A stretch of 64,000 nucleotides of DNA from an uncultured Elusimicrobia bacterium (GTDB lineage Bacteria > Elusimicrobiota > Elusimicrobia > UBA1565 > UBA9628), in contig CBDIQC010000001.1 of assembly GCA_965283875.1 (NCBI GenBank), positions 810,085-874,084 on the forward strand. Direction: 5' to 3'. A program made the position numbers and the translations under genes. The notes under the pieces are model-generated. The model made no database searches. It was not told the origin of the DNA and saw only the letters and a list, made by a program, of their open reading frames with translations. This document shows, piece by piece, positions 11,224 through 21,103 of this stretch (the first letter of the stretch is position 1; each line of letters starts with the position of its first letter).

Positions 11224-12201
11224 GTGTCCCTCGCCTTAGAAGCCAAAGGCCTCACCAAGGACTACCTCTCCCCCATCAAGGAGCCCGGCCTGCTCGGCGG
11301 GCTCAAGGGCCTGTTCACCCGCGAGTACAAGAGCACGCGCGCGGTGGACGGCGTGGACCTGAAGCTCGAGCGCGGCGAGCTCGTCGGCTTCCTCGGCGCC
11401 AACGGCGCGGGCAAAACCACCACGCTCAAGATGCTCTCCGGCCTGCTCACCCCGACGGGCGGCGAGGCGACCGTGCTCGGGCACGTGCCCTGGAAACGCG
11501 AGACCGCCTACCTCAAGCGCATCTCGCTGGTCATGGGACAGCGCTCCCAGCTGTGGTGGGAGATCCCCGCCTACGAGACCTTCCGGCTCAACCAGGCGGT
11601 CTATGGCATCCCCGAGCCCGCCTTCCGCCGCCATCTCGACGAGCTCGTGGACCTGCTCGAGCTCGGCCCGCACCTCTCGGTGCCGGTCAAGAAGCTCTCG
11701 CTGGGCGAACGCATGCGCGCCGAGCTGGCCGCGGCGCTGCTGCACCAGCCCGCGCTGCTGCTGCTCGATGAGCCCACCATCGGCCTCGACGTCGTGATGC
11801 AGAAGAAGGTGCGCGAGTTCGTGAAGTCCTACAACAAGCGCCACGCGGCCACCATCCTGCTCACCAGCCACAACATGGGCGACGTCGTCGAGCTGTGCAA
11901 ACGCGTCGTGGTCGTGGACCACGGCCGCCTGCTCTACGACGGCTCGCTCGAGAAGCTGGTCTCGCGTTACGCCGACCACAAGATCCTGCGCGCGCGTTTC
12001 TCCGCCACGGTGGACGCCGCCGACCTCAAATCCATCGGCACCTTGGTCTCGCTCGAGGACGACATCGCCGTCATCGAGATCCCGCGCAAGGACGTGGCGG
12101 CCGCCGCCGCCGCGCTGCTGCGCTCCTACCCCGTCGCCGACCTCGACGTCGGCGAGGTCGCCATCGACGACGTGGTGCGCCGGCTCTTCTCGCAGGAATG
12201 A
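11224..12201 (+). CDS. ABC transporter ATP-binding protein
   Basis: Walker A GANGAGKTT, signature LSLGERMR, Walker B LLLLDEPTIGLD. GTG start. Confidence 0.9.
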   Translation: MSLALEAKGLTKDYLSPIKEPGLLGGLKGLFTREYKSTRAVDGVDLKLERGELVGFLGANGAGKTTTLKMLSGLLTPTGGEATVLGHVPWKRETAYLKRISLVMGQRSQLWWEIPAYETFRLNQAVYGIPEPAFRRHLDELVDLLELGPHLSVPVKKLSLGERMRAELAAALLHQPALLLLDEPTIGLDVVMQKKVREFVKSYNKRHAATILLTSHNMGDVVELCKRVVVVDHGRLLYDGSLEKLVSRYADHKILRARFSATVDAADLKSIGTLVSLEDDIAVIEIPRKDVAAAAAALLRSYPVADLDVGEVAIDDVVRRLFSQE

Positions 12202-12989
12202 AAGCCTACGCGGTCGCGTACTCCATCGCGCTGCAGGAGACCCTGCAGCGGCGCTGGTCCTTCCTCATGGAGCGCGTGGGCTCCTTCGCGGTGGTCATCA
12301 GCCTGTATTCCTTCTGGACCGCGCTGCTCGGCGACAAGCAGGACTTCCTGGGCTACACGCGCCCGGAGATGCTGACCTACACCCTCGTGCTCAACTTCCT
12401 GATGTCCTTCGTCTTCACCGGGCGCGGCTGGCTGCTGGTGGGCGAGATCTCCTCGGGGCGCGTGTCCTCCTACCTCGTGCGCCCGGTCAGCTACCAGGGC
12501 TACTCGCTGGCGCTCGACTTCGCGCAGAAATCCGTGCACGCGGTGTCCGCGCTCATCGAGATCGGCCTGCTCACGCTCGTGGTCGGCGGCATCTTCCTGC
12601 CGCGCGACCCGGCCGCCTGGGCGCTGTTCGCGCTCTCCGCGCTCGCGGCGTCTTTGCTCTTCTTCTTCCTCGAGTTCTGCGTGAGCACGCTCGCCTTCTG
12701 GACGTCGGAGTCCGGCGGCCCGCTGTTCTGCTTCGAGCTGTTCGTGCAGTTCGCGGCCGGCGCGTTTTTCCCGCTCGACGTGCTGCCCGACGGCCTGCGC
12801 CGCCTGCTCGAGGCCACGCCTTTGCCCTACATGGCTTATTACCCGGCGCGCATCTTCCTGGGCAAGGTCCCCAACGACGAGGCCCTGCGCCTGGTCGGCC
12901 TCGAGCTGTTGTGGCTGGGCGGCGCGGTCCTGCTCGCGGCCTGGGCGTGGCGGCGCGGCGTGCGCTCCTACGCCGCGGAGGGCGGTTGA
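12198..12989 (+). CDS. ABC-2 type transporter permease
   Basis: ATGA overlap with the ATPase stop. Multi-pass hydrophobic protein starting MKAYAVAYSIALQETLQRRW. Confidence 0.7.
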   Translation: MKAYAVAYSIALQETLQRRWSFLMERVGSFAVVISLYSFWTALLGDKQDFLGYTRPEMLTYTLVLNFLMSFVFTGRGWLLVGEISSGRVSSYLVRPVSYQGYSLALDFAQKSVHAVSALIEIGLLTLVVGGIFLPRDPAAWALFALSALAASLLFFFLEFCVSTLAFWTSESGGPLFCFELFVQFAAGAFFPLDVLPDGLRRLLEATPLPYMAYYPARIFLGKVPNDEALRLVGLELLWLGGAVLLAAWAWRRGVRSYAAEGG

Positions 12990-13780
12990 AGGAAACCATC
13001 TTCAAATACGGCCGGATTTGGGTGCGCACCGCCTCCATGGCGATGCAGGCCCAGCTCACCTACCGCCTGGGCTCGTTGGGCTTCCTCATCGGCAAGACGC
13101 TGCGGCTCGCGTTGTTCTTCGCCTTCGTCGTGGCCATCTTCCGCCACGTCGATTCGGTGGCCGGCTACACGCTGGAGGAGACGGCGCTGTTTTTCCTGAC
13201 CTTCAACATCGTCGATATGTGCGCGATGATCTTCTTCCGCGGCGTCTATGGCGCGCGCCGCATCGTGGCCGACGGCGACTTCGACTTCTACCTGGTCCAG
13301 CCGTGTTCGCCGTTGTTCCGCATGGTGTTCTCCACCGTGGATTTCCTGGACATCCTGACCATCGTGCCGGTGCTGGTCATGACCGGCATGGTGTTCGCGC
13401 GCCTGCCGCCGGCGGACTGGCAGGCGTACGCGAGCTACGCGCTGCTGCTGGCCAACGGGGTCGTCTTGATGTTCTCGGTGCACCTGGCCGTCGCGGGGCT
13501 GGCGGTGCGCACGCAGGAGATGGACAACGCCATCTGGGTGTTCCGCAACGTGATGTTCATGGGGCGTTTTCCCGTCGATGTGTACGCGCGGCCCGTGCGC
13601 TGGGCGCTGACCGTCGTCGTGCCGGTGGCGGTGATGACCTCCTTCCCCGCGCAGGCCTTCTTGGGACGCCTGGCCTGGGCCTGGGCGGCCTTCGCCGTCG
13701 CGTTATCCGGCGCCTCCGTGGTTTTCGCCGTCTGGTTCTGGCGCGACTGCGTCGCCCGCTACACCTCCTCCTCCAGCTAG
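12986..13780 (+). CDS. ABC-2 type transporter permease (second subunit)
   Basis: TTG start overlapping the previous stop (TTGA). Multi-pass hydrophobic protein, paralogous in layout to the previous gene. Confidence 0.65.
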   Translation: MKETIFKYGRIWVRTASMAMQAQLTYRLGSLGFLIGKTLRLALFFAFVVAIFRHVDSVAGYTLEETALFFLTFNIVDMCAMIFFRGVYGARRIVADGDFDFYLVQPCSPLFRMVFSTVDFLDILTIVPVLVMTGMVFARLPPADWQAYASYALLLANGVVLMFSVHLAVAGLAVRTQEMDNAIWVFRNVMFMGRFPVDVYARPVRWALTVVVPVAVMTSFPAQAFLGRLAWAWAAFAVALSGASVVFAVWFWRDCVARYTSSSS

Positions 13781-13850
13781 GCCCTAAGGCCTACCCCCGC
13801 CCCTCCGAAAGCCCCTGACGCCGCCCCCGCCCCGGGGCCACACTATAGGT

Positions 13851-16331
13851 ATGAAGGCCTGGACCGTCATCGCGTCGCTCCTGCTCGCGGGCTTCCCGCA
13901 AGCCGCCTGGGCCGCCATCGGCAAGGTGACGCTGACCGTGCCCTCGGCCAACGCCGCCGGCGGCGCCTCGGGCGTGGCGGGCGCGGTGACGCTCCCGGGC
14001 GGCGCCCTCAGCCGGCCGGCGACCATGGTCGGCACCGCCCGCTTGACCTCGCAAATCCCCATCCCGCTCCTGCCCACGCCCGTGATGCTCGTCACCGGCG
14101 CCGCGCCGGCCGGGGCCCCGTCGAACGCTCTCGCCCAGCAGCTGGCCGTCGCCGGCCCCGCCGCCACGTTTATCCCCGCCCCGGCCGATGCGCCGAATCC
14201 GGCTGATTCGGCGGGCCCGGCAGGGCCCGCCGCGTCCGAAACGCCCGCGGACGTTGCTGACTCGGCCGAAACCGGTTCCGTTGGTAGCGCACCCATCGAA
14301 ACCGCCAAGTCCTCCTTGCCCCGCAACCTGCGCGACCTCGCGTCCTCCGTGCTCGCCGGCTGGACGCGCGGCAAGGCGCCCGTGGCCCCGCCGCTCGCCG
14401 CGCAGATGGGCGCCTTGCTCGACGGCCCGCTGTCGGTTTACCAGGCGCCCCGCGGCGCCTTCGGCCTGCGCGCCCGCCTGCCCCGCGCGGAGCGCGCCGC
14501 CCAGTTCGCCGCCTACCTCCAGACCTACGACGGCCTGCGCCAAACGGCCGCGGCCGAAGGCCCGTCGGCCCCGGCCGCCTTGCTCGCGGCGCGCGCCATC
14601 GCCCGTCCCGGCGCGGTGTCCGACCGCGAGCTGCGCGCCGCGGTGGGCGCCCCGCTCGCCCGTCAGCTGAAGGCCGTCGCGCGCGAGGCGTCCCACGTCA
14701 TCACCCGCGTCTGGCGCCACCCGACGCTCGACCCGATGGAGGTGCGCCTGGACGCGGCGCCGGCCCCCTCCGCCGCGACCGCTTTGCCCGCCGCCATGCA
14801 GGAGCTGCTCGCCGGCCCCCTCTCGGCGCTGCGCACGCGCGCCGAGCTGCGCGGGCTCGACAAAGCCGGCCGCACCGAGGCGTTCGTCGCGCACCTGCGC
14901 GCCTTCGACGCGCTCGCCGCCGAGGCCCGCGGCGAAGGCGCCCGCGCCGCCGCCGCGTCCGTCGCCGCCCACGTCTTGGCGCGCCCGAAGACCATGCCTT
15001 ACGAGGAGCTGCGTTACGCCCTCGGCCCCGAGACGGCGCACCGCCTGCTCGCGCTGGAGGCCGGCGCGCGCGCGCTGGGACGCGCCGTCGGGCAAGCCCC
15101 GTTGGAGCGCCTGCACGCGGCCGCGCCCCGCGCGCTCGAGAAGGCCGAACGCCGCGAGCTGCTGGGCGTGCCCGCCAAAGGCGCGCCGTTTCGGATGAGC
15201 TGGCGCCTCGTCGGCGTCATCGCGCTGCTCGCGCCCGGCAAATCCGCGCTCGTCGCCTACCTCGCCTCGTTGTTCATCCCGGGCTTCTCGCTCGACCCGT
15301 TCCTCGGCCCCCTGCTGGCCCTGCCCACCATGCTCGTCGCCGGCGCGCCGGTGTGGCTGTGGGGCGCCTTCGCCGCGGGCGTGGCCGCGTTGTTCACCCT
15401 CGACCTCAAGGTGTTCGGCAAGGCGGCCCTGACCACGCGCGCGGCGCTGTGGCAGAGCGCGATGTGGTTCGGCGCGGCGCTGGCCTTCGGCGCGGGCGTG
15501 TATCTCTTCGGCGGCCAGGCCCTGGGCGCGGAGTTCCTCGCGGCCTACATCCTCGAGAAGTCGCTGAGCGTCGATAACCTCGCCGTGTTCATCGCGCTGT
15601 TCGGCGCCGCGCAGTTCGCCGTGCCCGCCTCGGCCCAGTCCAAGCTGCTGAGTTGGGGCATCATCGGCGCCATCGTGCTGCGCCTGGCCATGATCGCGGG
15701 CGGCACCACCTTGATGGCGTCGTTCACCTGGATGCCCGCCGTGTTCGCCGGCGTGCTCCTGCTCGCGGCCTACAAGATGTTCAACGCCGGCGAGGAGAAG
15801 GAGACCGACCGCACCAACGGCCCGCTGCTGCGCCTGCTCAAGAAGGTCTTCCCCATCACCGACGAATACCGCGGCGACCGCTTCCGCGTCGTCGAGGAGA
15901 AACGCGAGGGCAAACATTACCCGGTGCTGAAGTCCCGGGCGCTTTACACCCGCCTCGCGCTGGCCCTGGTCGCGGTGATGTTCACCGACCTCGTCTTCGC
16001 GGTGGACTCCATCCCCGCCGTGCTCGCCATCACGCCCGACCCGTTCATCGTGGTCACCTCCAACATCGCGGCGCTGATGGGCCTGCGCGCGTTGTTTTTC
16101 CTCATCAAGGGCATGATGGAGCGTTTCCACCTGCTCAACAAAGGCCTGGCCCTCATCTTGTCCTTCGTCGCCTTCAAGATGACCGCGGCGATGTTGTTCC
16201 ACTTCCACCTGCCCATCGCGCTGTCGCTGGCCGTCATCGTGACCATCCTGGCCGCGACCATCGGCCTGTCCTTAGCCTTCCCCAAGAAAGACGCGCCGCC
16301 CATTAATAAGGACGAAACACCGGTCCCTTAA
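13851..16331 (+). CDS. TerC family integral membrane protein with a ~480-aa N-terminal exported extension containing an internal duplication
   Basis: C-terminal part is TerC-like (EFLAAYILEKSLSVDNLAVFIALF, FAVDSIPAVLAIT). N-terminal signal peptide MKAWTVIASLLLAGFPQAAWA. Two ~110-aa repeats lie at about nt 14373-15111. Confidence 0.75.
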   Translation: MKAWTVIASLLLAGFPQAAWAAIGKVTLTVPSANAAGGASGVAGAVTLPGGALSRPATMVGTARLTSQIPIPLLPTPVMLVTGAAPAGAPSNALAQQLAVAGPAATFIPAPADAPNPADSAGPAGPAASETPADVADSAETGSVGSAPIETAKSSLPRNLRDLASSVLAGWTRGKAPVAPPLAAQMGALLDGPLSVYQAPRGAFGLRARLPRAERAAQFAAYLQTYDGLRQTAAAEGPSAPAALLAARAIARPGAVSDRELRAAVGAPLARQLKAVAREASHVITRVWRHPTLDPMEVRLDAAPAPSAATALPAAMQELLAGPLSALRTRAELRGLDKAGRTEAFVAHLRAFDALAAEARGEGARAAAASVAAHVLARPKTMPYEELRYALGPETAHRLLALEAGARALGRAVGQAPLERLHAAAPRALEKAERRELLGVPAKGAPFRMSWRLVGVIALLAPGKSALVAYLASLFIPGFSLDPFLGPLLALPTMLVAGAPVWLWGAFAAGVAALFTLDLKVFGKAALTTRAALWQSAMWFGAALAFGAGVYLFGGQALGAEFLAAYILEKSLSVDNLAVFIALFGAAQFAVPASAQSKLLSWGIIGAIVLRLAMIAGGTTLMASFTWMPAVFAGVLLLAAYKMFNAGEEKETDRTNGPLLRLLKKVFPITDEYRGDRFRVVEEKREGKHYPVLKSRALYTRLALALVAVMFTDLVFAVDSIPAVLAITPDPFIVVTSNIAALMGLRALFFLIKGMMERFHLLNKGLALILSFVAFKMTAAMLFHFHLPIALSLAVIVTILAATIGLSLAFPKKDAPPINKDETPVP

Positions 16332-16341
16332 GCTGGGGGCG

Positions 16342-16731
16342 ATGTCCGACCTTTTCAAGCGAGCCCACGCCCGTTTCCCCTGCGACCTGCCGGTGACCGT
16401 GTTCACCGGCCCCACGGGCGGCATGAAGCTCGGCGCCGCGCGCGTGCTCGACCTGAGCCTCTCGGGCTGCTACGTCGTGTTCCAGGCCGAGCTCAAGATC
16501 GGCGGCGCCTACCGCCTGCGCTGCGAATGGGGCGGCGAGTTCCTGGACATGCCCGGCCGCGTCGTGCGCGAGGGCCCGCGTTCGCCCAAGGACCCGAAGG
16601 CCCGCCACTTCGGCATGGTGTTCACGCTGTCGCGCGACCAGGAGAAGGTGCTCCTGCGCGTCATCGACCAGGTCCGCCGCACGCCCGAGAAGCCGGGCGA
16701 AGACCACTTCCTGCGCAATTATTGGGGCTGA
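16342..16731 (+). CDS. PilZ domain protein (putative c-di-GMP receptor)
   Basis: RxxxR (RAHAR) near the N-terminus and DxSxxG (DLSLSG) about 30 residues later. Confidence 0.7.
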   Translation: MSDLFKRAHARFPCDLPVTVFTGPTGGMKLGAARVLDLSLSGCYVVFQAELKIGGAYRLRCEWGGEFLDMPGRVVREGPRSPKDPKARHFGMVFTLSRDQEKVLLRVIDQVRRTPEKPGEDHFLRNYWG

Positions 16732-16755
16732 CGCCGCGCCGAAGCCGGCGCTAGC

Positions 16756-17349
16756 TTAGGAGCCGGGGACGGCGCGGCAGATCGAGTAGGTCGAGACGTT
16801 TTCGCCGACCACCGTCGCCTGGACCAGCAGCACCCACGCGTTGCCCGGAGCCTGGCGCGCGAAACGGATGGTCTCGTCGGCGTAGGCGCGGCCCGAAGCG
16901 TCGAGCGCGGCGCCCACGTAGCCGTTGCCGGGCACGAAGGCGAACAAATTGGCGCCGGGCGACGGGTTGCCGTTGGCGCTCTGGCGGCGCACGCCGCGAT
17001 CGCGCGGGCTGAAGGTGTATTCGGTGGTCGTCACCGACATGCGGCGGTGCTCGCCGGGCGACACCAGGTCCACGACGCGGCGGCACGACCAGCGGCTGCC
17101 CGACAGGATGGGGAAGGCGATGCCCTCGTTGGTGAGGCGTTCGGCCTTGGCGAAGGCGTCGGCGAGCTGCTCGGGCGTCTCGTTGCCGGGGGTCGTCGCG
17201 ACCGGGGCGGGCGGGACCACGGCCGGGGCGCGGCCGCTGATCTGGATGAGAGGGAGGTGCAGGCCGCGCATCATGTAGGCGTCTTCCCAATTGGTGGCGG
17301 AGGCGGGAAGGGCGAGCAGGCACAAGGCGGCGGCCGAGGGGATCTTCAT
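16756..17349 (-). CDS. Hypothetical exported protein
   Basis: ORF 16756..17532. Start chosen at [18 protein letters not shown] (signal-peptide-like). Confidence 0.55.
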   Translation of the reverse strand: MKIPSAAALCLLALPASATNWEDAYMMRGLHLPLIQISGRAPAVVPPAPVATTPGNETPEQLADAFAKAERLTNEGIAFPILSGSRWSCRRVVDLVSPGEHRRMSVTTTEYTFSPRDRGVRRQSANGNPSPGANLFAFVPGNGYVGAALDASGRAYADETIRFARQAPGNAWVLLVQATVVGENVSTYSICRAVPGS

Positions 17350-17457
17350 GCCTCTAGGATACCGCAAAGGCCGGCGCCCGCCGAGGGCCCAAAGGCCCCT
17401 CGCCGGGGCCAAAGGTCCCGCTTTCCGCCCGTCGAGGAAATCGGCTATCATCGGCCC

Positions 17458-18933
17458 ATGCCCCTTCCCCCTCTTCCCGTCGCCAAGAGCAAAACCGACG
17501 TCAACGTCCTGCCCGGCATGGCCAACCGCCACGGCCTGGTGGCCGGCGCCACCGGCACCGGCAAAACGGTGTCCCTCCAGTCCTTGGCCGAGTCCTTCTC
17601 GCGCATCGGCGTGCCCGTGTTTTTAGCCGACGTCAAAGGCGACCTGGCCGGCGTGGGCGCCGCCGGGGGCGGCAACCCCAAGGTGGACGCCCGCGTGGCC
17701 GAGCTCAAGCTCGCCGGCTGGGCCCCCGAGGCCGCGCCCGTGATGAATTGGGACGTGTTGGGCCAGAAAGGCCACCCCGTGCGCGCGACCGTGTCCGAGA
17801 TGGGACCGCTCCTGCTCGGCCGCCTGCTCAACCTCAACGAGACCCAGGCCGGCGTGTTGTCCGTGGTCTTCAAGATCGCCGACGAGCAGGGCCTGCTGCT
17901 GCTCGACCTCAAAGACCTGCGCGCGGCCCTGGGCTACGTCGCCGACAACGCCGCGCAGTTCAAGACCTCGCACGGCAACGTCTCGGCCGCCAGCGTCGGC
18001 GCCATACAGCGCGGCCTGCTGACCCTCTCCGAGCAAGGCGGCGACAAGCTGTTCGGCGAGCCCGCCTTGGACCTCGACGACCTGCTGCAGACCGACGCCA
18101 AGGGCCGCGGCGTCATCAACGTGCTCGCCGCCGACAAACTCATGGCCGCGCCCACGTTGTACGCGACGACCTTGCTGTGGCTGCTCACCGAGCTCTACGA
18201 GCGCCTGCCCGAGGTGGGCGACCTCGAGAAGCCCAAGCTCGTGTTCTTCTTCGACGAGGCCCACCTGCTGTTCTCCGACGCGCCCGCCGCCCTCGTCGAG
18301 AAGATCGAGCAGGTCGTGCGCCTGGTGCGCTCCAAAGGCGTGAGCGTGTGGTTCGTCACCCAGAACCCGCTCGACGTGCCCGAGAAGGTGCTCGGCCAGC
18401 TCGGCCACCGCGTCCAGCACGCCCTGCGCGCCTTCACCCCGCAGGACCAGAAGGCCGTGCGCGCCGCCGCGCAGACCTTCCGCGCCAACCCGGGCGTCGA
18501 TGTGGAAAAAGCCATCACCGAGCTCGCCGTGGGCGAGGCCCTGGTCTCCGTGCTCGACGAGCAGGGCCGCCCGACGCCCGTGGAGCGCGCGCTCGTCTTG
18601 CCGCCCCGCTCGCGCCTGGGCGCGCTGACCGACGGCGAACGCGCCGCCCTCATCGCGGCCTCGCCGCTGGCGGGCCACTACGAGCCTAGGCCCGCACCGA
18701 TCGCATTCGGCCCAAACGCGCCGAGCAGGCCCAGGCCGCCGCGGCCGCCGCCCCGCGGCGCCGTCGGCGCCGCCCGCCCCGCCGCGCCGACGCGTCGGCG
18801 ACGACGGCCTCGTCGCGCGGTGGTGACCAGCGCCGCGCGCGCCGCGGCCAGCCAGATCGGCCGCTCCCTGGTGCGGGGGCTGATGGGCTCCTTGCTCGGC
18901 GGCCGCGGCGGCTCGCGCCGTTCTTCCTGGTAG
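17458..18933 (+). CDS. HerA-like P-loop ATPase, YjgR/DUF853 family
   Basis: [53 protein letters not shown], and a YjgR-like C-terminal tail [18 protein letters not shown]. The frame within the low-complexity stretch ~18680-18800 is uncertain. Confidence 0.8.
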   Translation: MPLPPLPVAKSKTDVNVLPGMANRHGLVAGATGTGKTVSLQSLAESFSRIGVPVFLADVKGDLAGVGAAGGGNPKVDARVAELKLAGWAPEAAPVMNWDVLGQKGHPVRATVSEMGPLLLGRLLNLNETQAGVLSVVFKIADEQGLLLLDLKDLRAALGYVADNAAQFKTSHGNVSAASVGAIQRGLLTLSEQGGDKLFGEPALDLDDLLQTDAKGRGVINVLAADKLMAAPTLYATTLLWLLTELYERLPEVGDLEKPKLVFFFDEAHLLFSDAPAALVEKIEQVVRLVRSKGVSVWFVTQNPLDVPEKVLGQLGHRVQHALRAFTPQDQKAVRAAAQTFRANPGVDVEKAITELAVGEALVSVLDEQGRPTPVERALVLPPRSRLGALTDGERAALIAASPLAGHYEPRPAPIAFGPNAPSRPRPPRPPPRGAVGAARPAAPTRRRRRPRRAVVTSAARAAASQIGRSLVRGLMGSLLGGRGGSRRSSW

Positions 18934-18936
18934 CGC

Positions 18937-20244
18937 CTAACGACCGGCGCTGAGCCGTTCGAGGCGCGCGATGCGCTTCTCGATGGGCGGGTGCGAGCCC
19001 CACAGCCGCGCGACGCGGCCCCAGGCGGCCGAGGACGCGCGCACGAACGCCTCGAGCCGCGTCTTCGACGGGCGCGCGGCCTCCTCGTCGTCGCGGCGCT
19101 TCATCTCGCGGAAGGCGGCGACCAAGGTCAGCCCCGTGCCCTCGCGGGCGGCGGCGTATTGGTCGGCGTGGTATTCGGCGCGTTTCTTGCTCTCGCCGAC
19201 GAGCGCCAGCCCGGCGATGAGCGCGGGCGCGGCCAGCGCGGCCAGCCAGTCGGCGTTCATGCCGCCCATCAGCGCGATGGACGCGGGCACGGCCGCGATG
19301 AAGAAGTTGGCCCCGGTCCAGGCGGAATCGTTGTGGCGCAGGTGGGCGACCTCGTGGCGCAAGATGGCGTCCTGCTGGCCGCGCGGCAGGTCGAGGATGC
19401 CGCCATAGACGCGCACCTGCTCGGGCGAGACCTGGGCGTTGAGCACGTCGGTCTCGACGACGACCAGGTCCTTGGGCGCCGTCTGGCCGCCTTCTTTGGC
19501 CAGCGCGACCACGCGTTCGCCCAGCTCGGCCTTCTCCGCCTCGGTCACGGGCCGCTCCCCGGGCCCGTCGCCGAAGCCCCAGCCGGGCTCGTTCTGCGCC
19601 GCGACCGCGTAGAAGGCCGCCATGAAGCCGGCGGCGACGCCCAGGCCGACGCCGAGAAACAACGGCGCCAGGCGGTCGAAGGGCAGGTGGGTCAACGAGG
19701 CCAGCAGGATCAGCGCCGACCACGCGGCGAACTGGCCGGCGCGGGCCAAACCCACGCGCGGCAGCGGGATGGCGCGGGCCGCGGCCGGGGCCGCGGGCGT
19801 CGCGGCCGAGAGCCCGGAAGGCGACGGGGCGTCGGCCGGGGCGGCGAGCACGGCGTCCGCATCCTCGCGGGGCTCGGCGGCGTTCGCGGCGTCCCAGCGT
19901 TTGAGACCTTCGTCGCGTTCGGCGGCGGCCGAGGCGCCGGGCGCGGCGGCGGGCTCGGCGACGGCGGCGAGCTGGGGCAAAGCCGCGGCCGGGGCGGGCG
20001 CCGGGGCGTCCTGCGGCGCGACGAACGTCGGCGCCGTGGGCGAAAGCAGGACCGGGCCGGAAGCGGTGCGCAACGCGGCGGGGGTCAACGTCAGGGCGGC
20101 GGGCGCCAGCCGCGCCGCGCCCGCGACGCCGGACGCAGAAGCCCCGCCCGTCGCCGGGACGGCCCGCACGACGGTGACCGCCCAGGAGACGTCTCCCAGG
20201 GCTAAGACGAGGGCTAAGGCGGCGGCGAGGGGACGGCCGTTCAT
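18937..20244 (-). CDS. M48 family (HtpX-like) zinc metalloprotease with a long Ala/Pro-rich N-terminal region
   Basis: HEVAH (HExxH) and C-terminal SHPPIEKRIARLE. Start chosen at the MNGRPLAAALALVLALG signal peptide. Confidence 0.75.
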   Translation of the reverse strand: MNGRPLAAALALVLALGDVSWAVTVVRAVPATGGASASGVAGAARLAPAALTLTPAALRTASGPVLLSPTAPTFVAPQDAPAPAPAAALPQLAAVAEPAAAPGASAAAERDEGLKRWDAANAAEPREDADAVLAAPADAPSPSGLSAATPAAPAAARAIPLPRVGLARAGQFAAWSALILLASLTHLPFDRLAPLFLGVGLGVAAGFMAAFYAVAAQNEPGWGFGDGPGERPVTEAEKAELGERVVALAKEGGQTAPKDLVVVETDVLNAQVSPEQVRVYGGILDLPRGQQDAILRHEVAHLRHNDSAWTGANFFIAAVPASIALMGGMNADWLAALAAPALIAGLALVGESKKRAEYHADQYAAAREGTGLTLVAAFREMKRRDDEEAARPSKTRLEAFVRASSAAWGRVARLWGSHPPIEKRIARLERLSAGR

Positions 20245-20322
20245 ACAGGAAGGATAGGCCGGGGCGGCTGAGGCCGGGAGGGCCCTAAGGCCCCCTGGAC
20301 AGGGGCCAAGTGGCATGCTACT

Positions 20323-20341
20323 ATTGAGATAGGATTTCAAT
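20323..20341. promoter_or_regulatory. AT-rich 19-bp imperfect palindrome ATTGAGATAGGATTTCAAT directly upstream of bfd (candidate operator)
   Basis: The outer 5 bp of each arm are perfectly complementary (ATTGA/TCAAT). It ends 4 nt before the bfd ATG and overlaps the agga RBS. Confidence 0.3.
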
Positions 20342-20345
20342 AAGC

Positions 20346-20609
20346 ATGGGCCCCCGCAAGAACCACGCCAAAGTCGTCTGCGAATGCCTCGGCATCACCG
20401 AAGGCGAGGTGGTGGCCGCCATCCGGGCCGAAGGCCTGACCACCGTGAAGCAGGTCACCGCCTGCACCGACGCGGGCGGCGGCTGCACCGCCTGCCACCC
20501 CGCCATCCGGGCCCTGCTGGAACGCCGCGCCAAAGAGCGCGCGATGTCCGACGCCGCGTCGGGCCCGTCCTACTTGGCGTCGTCGGCGCCCATCTTCTCG
20601 GCCAAGTAG
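20346..20609 (+). CDS. bfd: Bacterioferritin-associated ferredoxin (2Fe-2S)
   Basis: VCECLGITEGEVVAAI .. CTDAGGGCTACHPAI: the four-Cys BFD pattern. Adjacent to bfr. Confidence 0.8.
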   Translation: MGPRKNHAKVVCECLGITEGEVVAAIRAEGLTTVKQVTACTDAGGGCTACHPAIRALLERRAKERAMSDAASGPSYLASSAPIFSAK

Positions 20610-21052
20610 TTCTGCAGGCCGACGGACTTCACCAGCGAGAGCTGGGTCTCCAGCCAATCGACGTGCTCCTCGCTCGACACCAGGATGCTCTCGAAGAGCT
20701 CGCGCGTCCCGTTGTCCTTGGCCTTGGTCGCCAGCTCGATGCCCTCGTTGTAGGCCTTCACGCCGGCGGTCTCGAGCTTGAGGTCGTTCTCGAACTGCTC
20801 CGAGACGTCGGTGCCCACGCGGATGACGTCGTAACGCGCGATGTTGGGCGTGCCTTCGAGGAACAGGATGCGCTCGATGAGCTTGTCGGCGTGTTTCATC
20901 TCGCCCATGGACTCCTCCCACATCTTCTTGGCGAGCGTGAGGTAGCCCCAGTTCTTGAGCATCTTGGCCTGGATGAAATACTGGTTGATGGCCGTGAGCT
21001 CGAGGGTGAGGGACTTGTTGAGCGCTTCGATGACCTTCGCGTCGCCTTTCAT
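20570..21052 (-). CDS. bfr: Bacterioferritin
   Basis: [79 protein letters not shown]. Collinear with my recollection of E. coli Bfr. Confidence 0.95.
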   Translation of the reverse strand: MKGDAKVIEALNKSLTLELTAINQYFIQAKMLKNWGYLTLAKKMWEESMGEMKHADKLIERILFLEGTPNIARYDVIRVGTDVSEQFENDLKLETAGVKAYNEGIELATKAKDNGTRELFESILVSSEEHVDWLETQLSLVKSVGLQNYLAEKMGADDAK

Positions 21053-21103
21053 GGGAGGACTCCTGTCGTTTTAATCGCCGTCGGAACCACTATAACTTTT
21101 TTC

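Noticed and set aside
18680-18800. Possible further frameshifts in the C-terminal linker of the YjgR-like ATPase. An alternative frame reads ..[14 protein letters not shown].., which looks more natural than [21 protein letters not shown].
   Set aside because: The region is low-complexity in all frames and the single annotated frame stays open through to the conserved tail ([18 protein letters not shown]). I cannot decide from the sequence alone.
20570-20609. 40-nt convergent overlap of bfd and bfr as an antisense regulatory feature.
   Set aside because: The last ~20 residues of the annotated Bfd are outside the conserved 2Fe-2S core. With the indel rate seen in this contig, the true bfd stop may be earlier. 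There is not enough evidence for a functional overlap.
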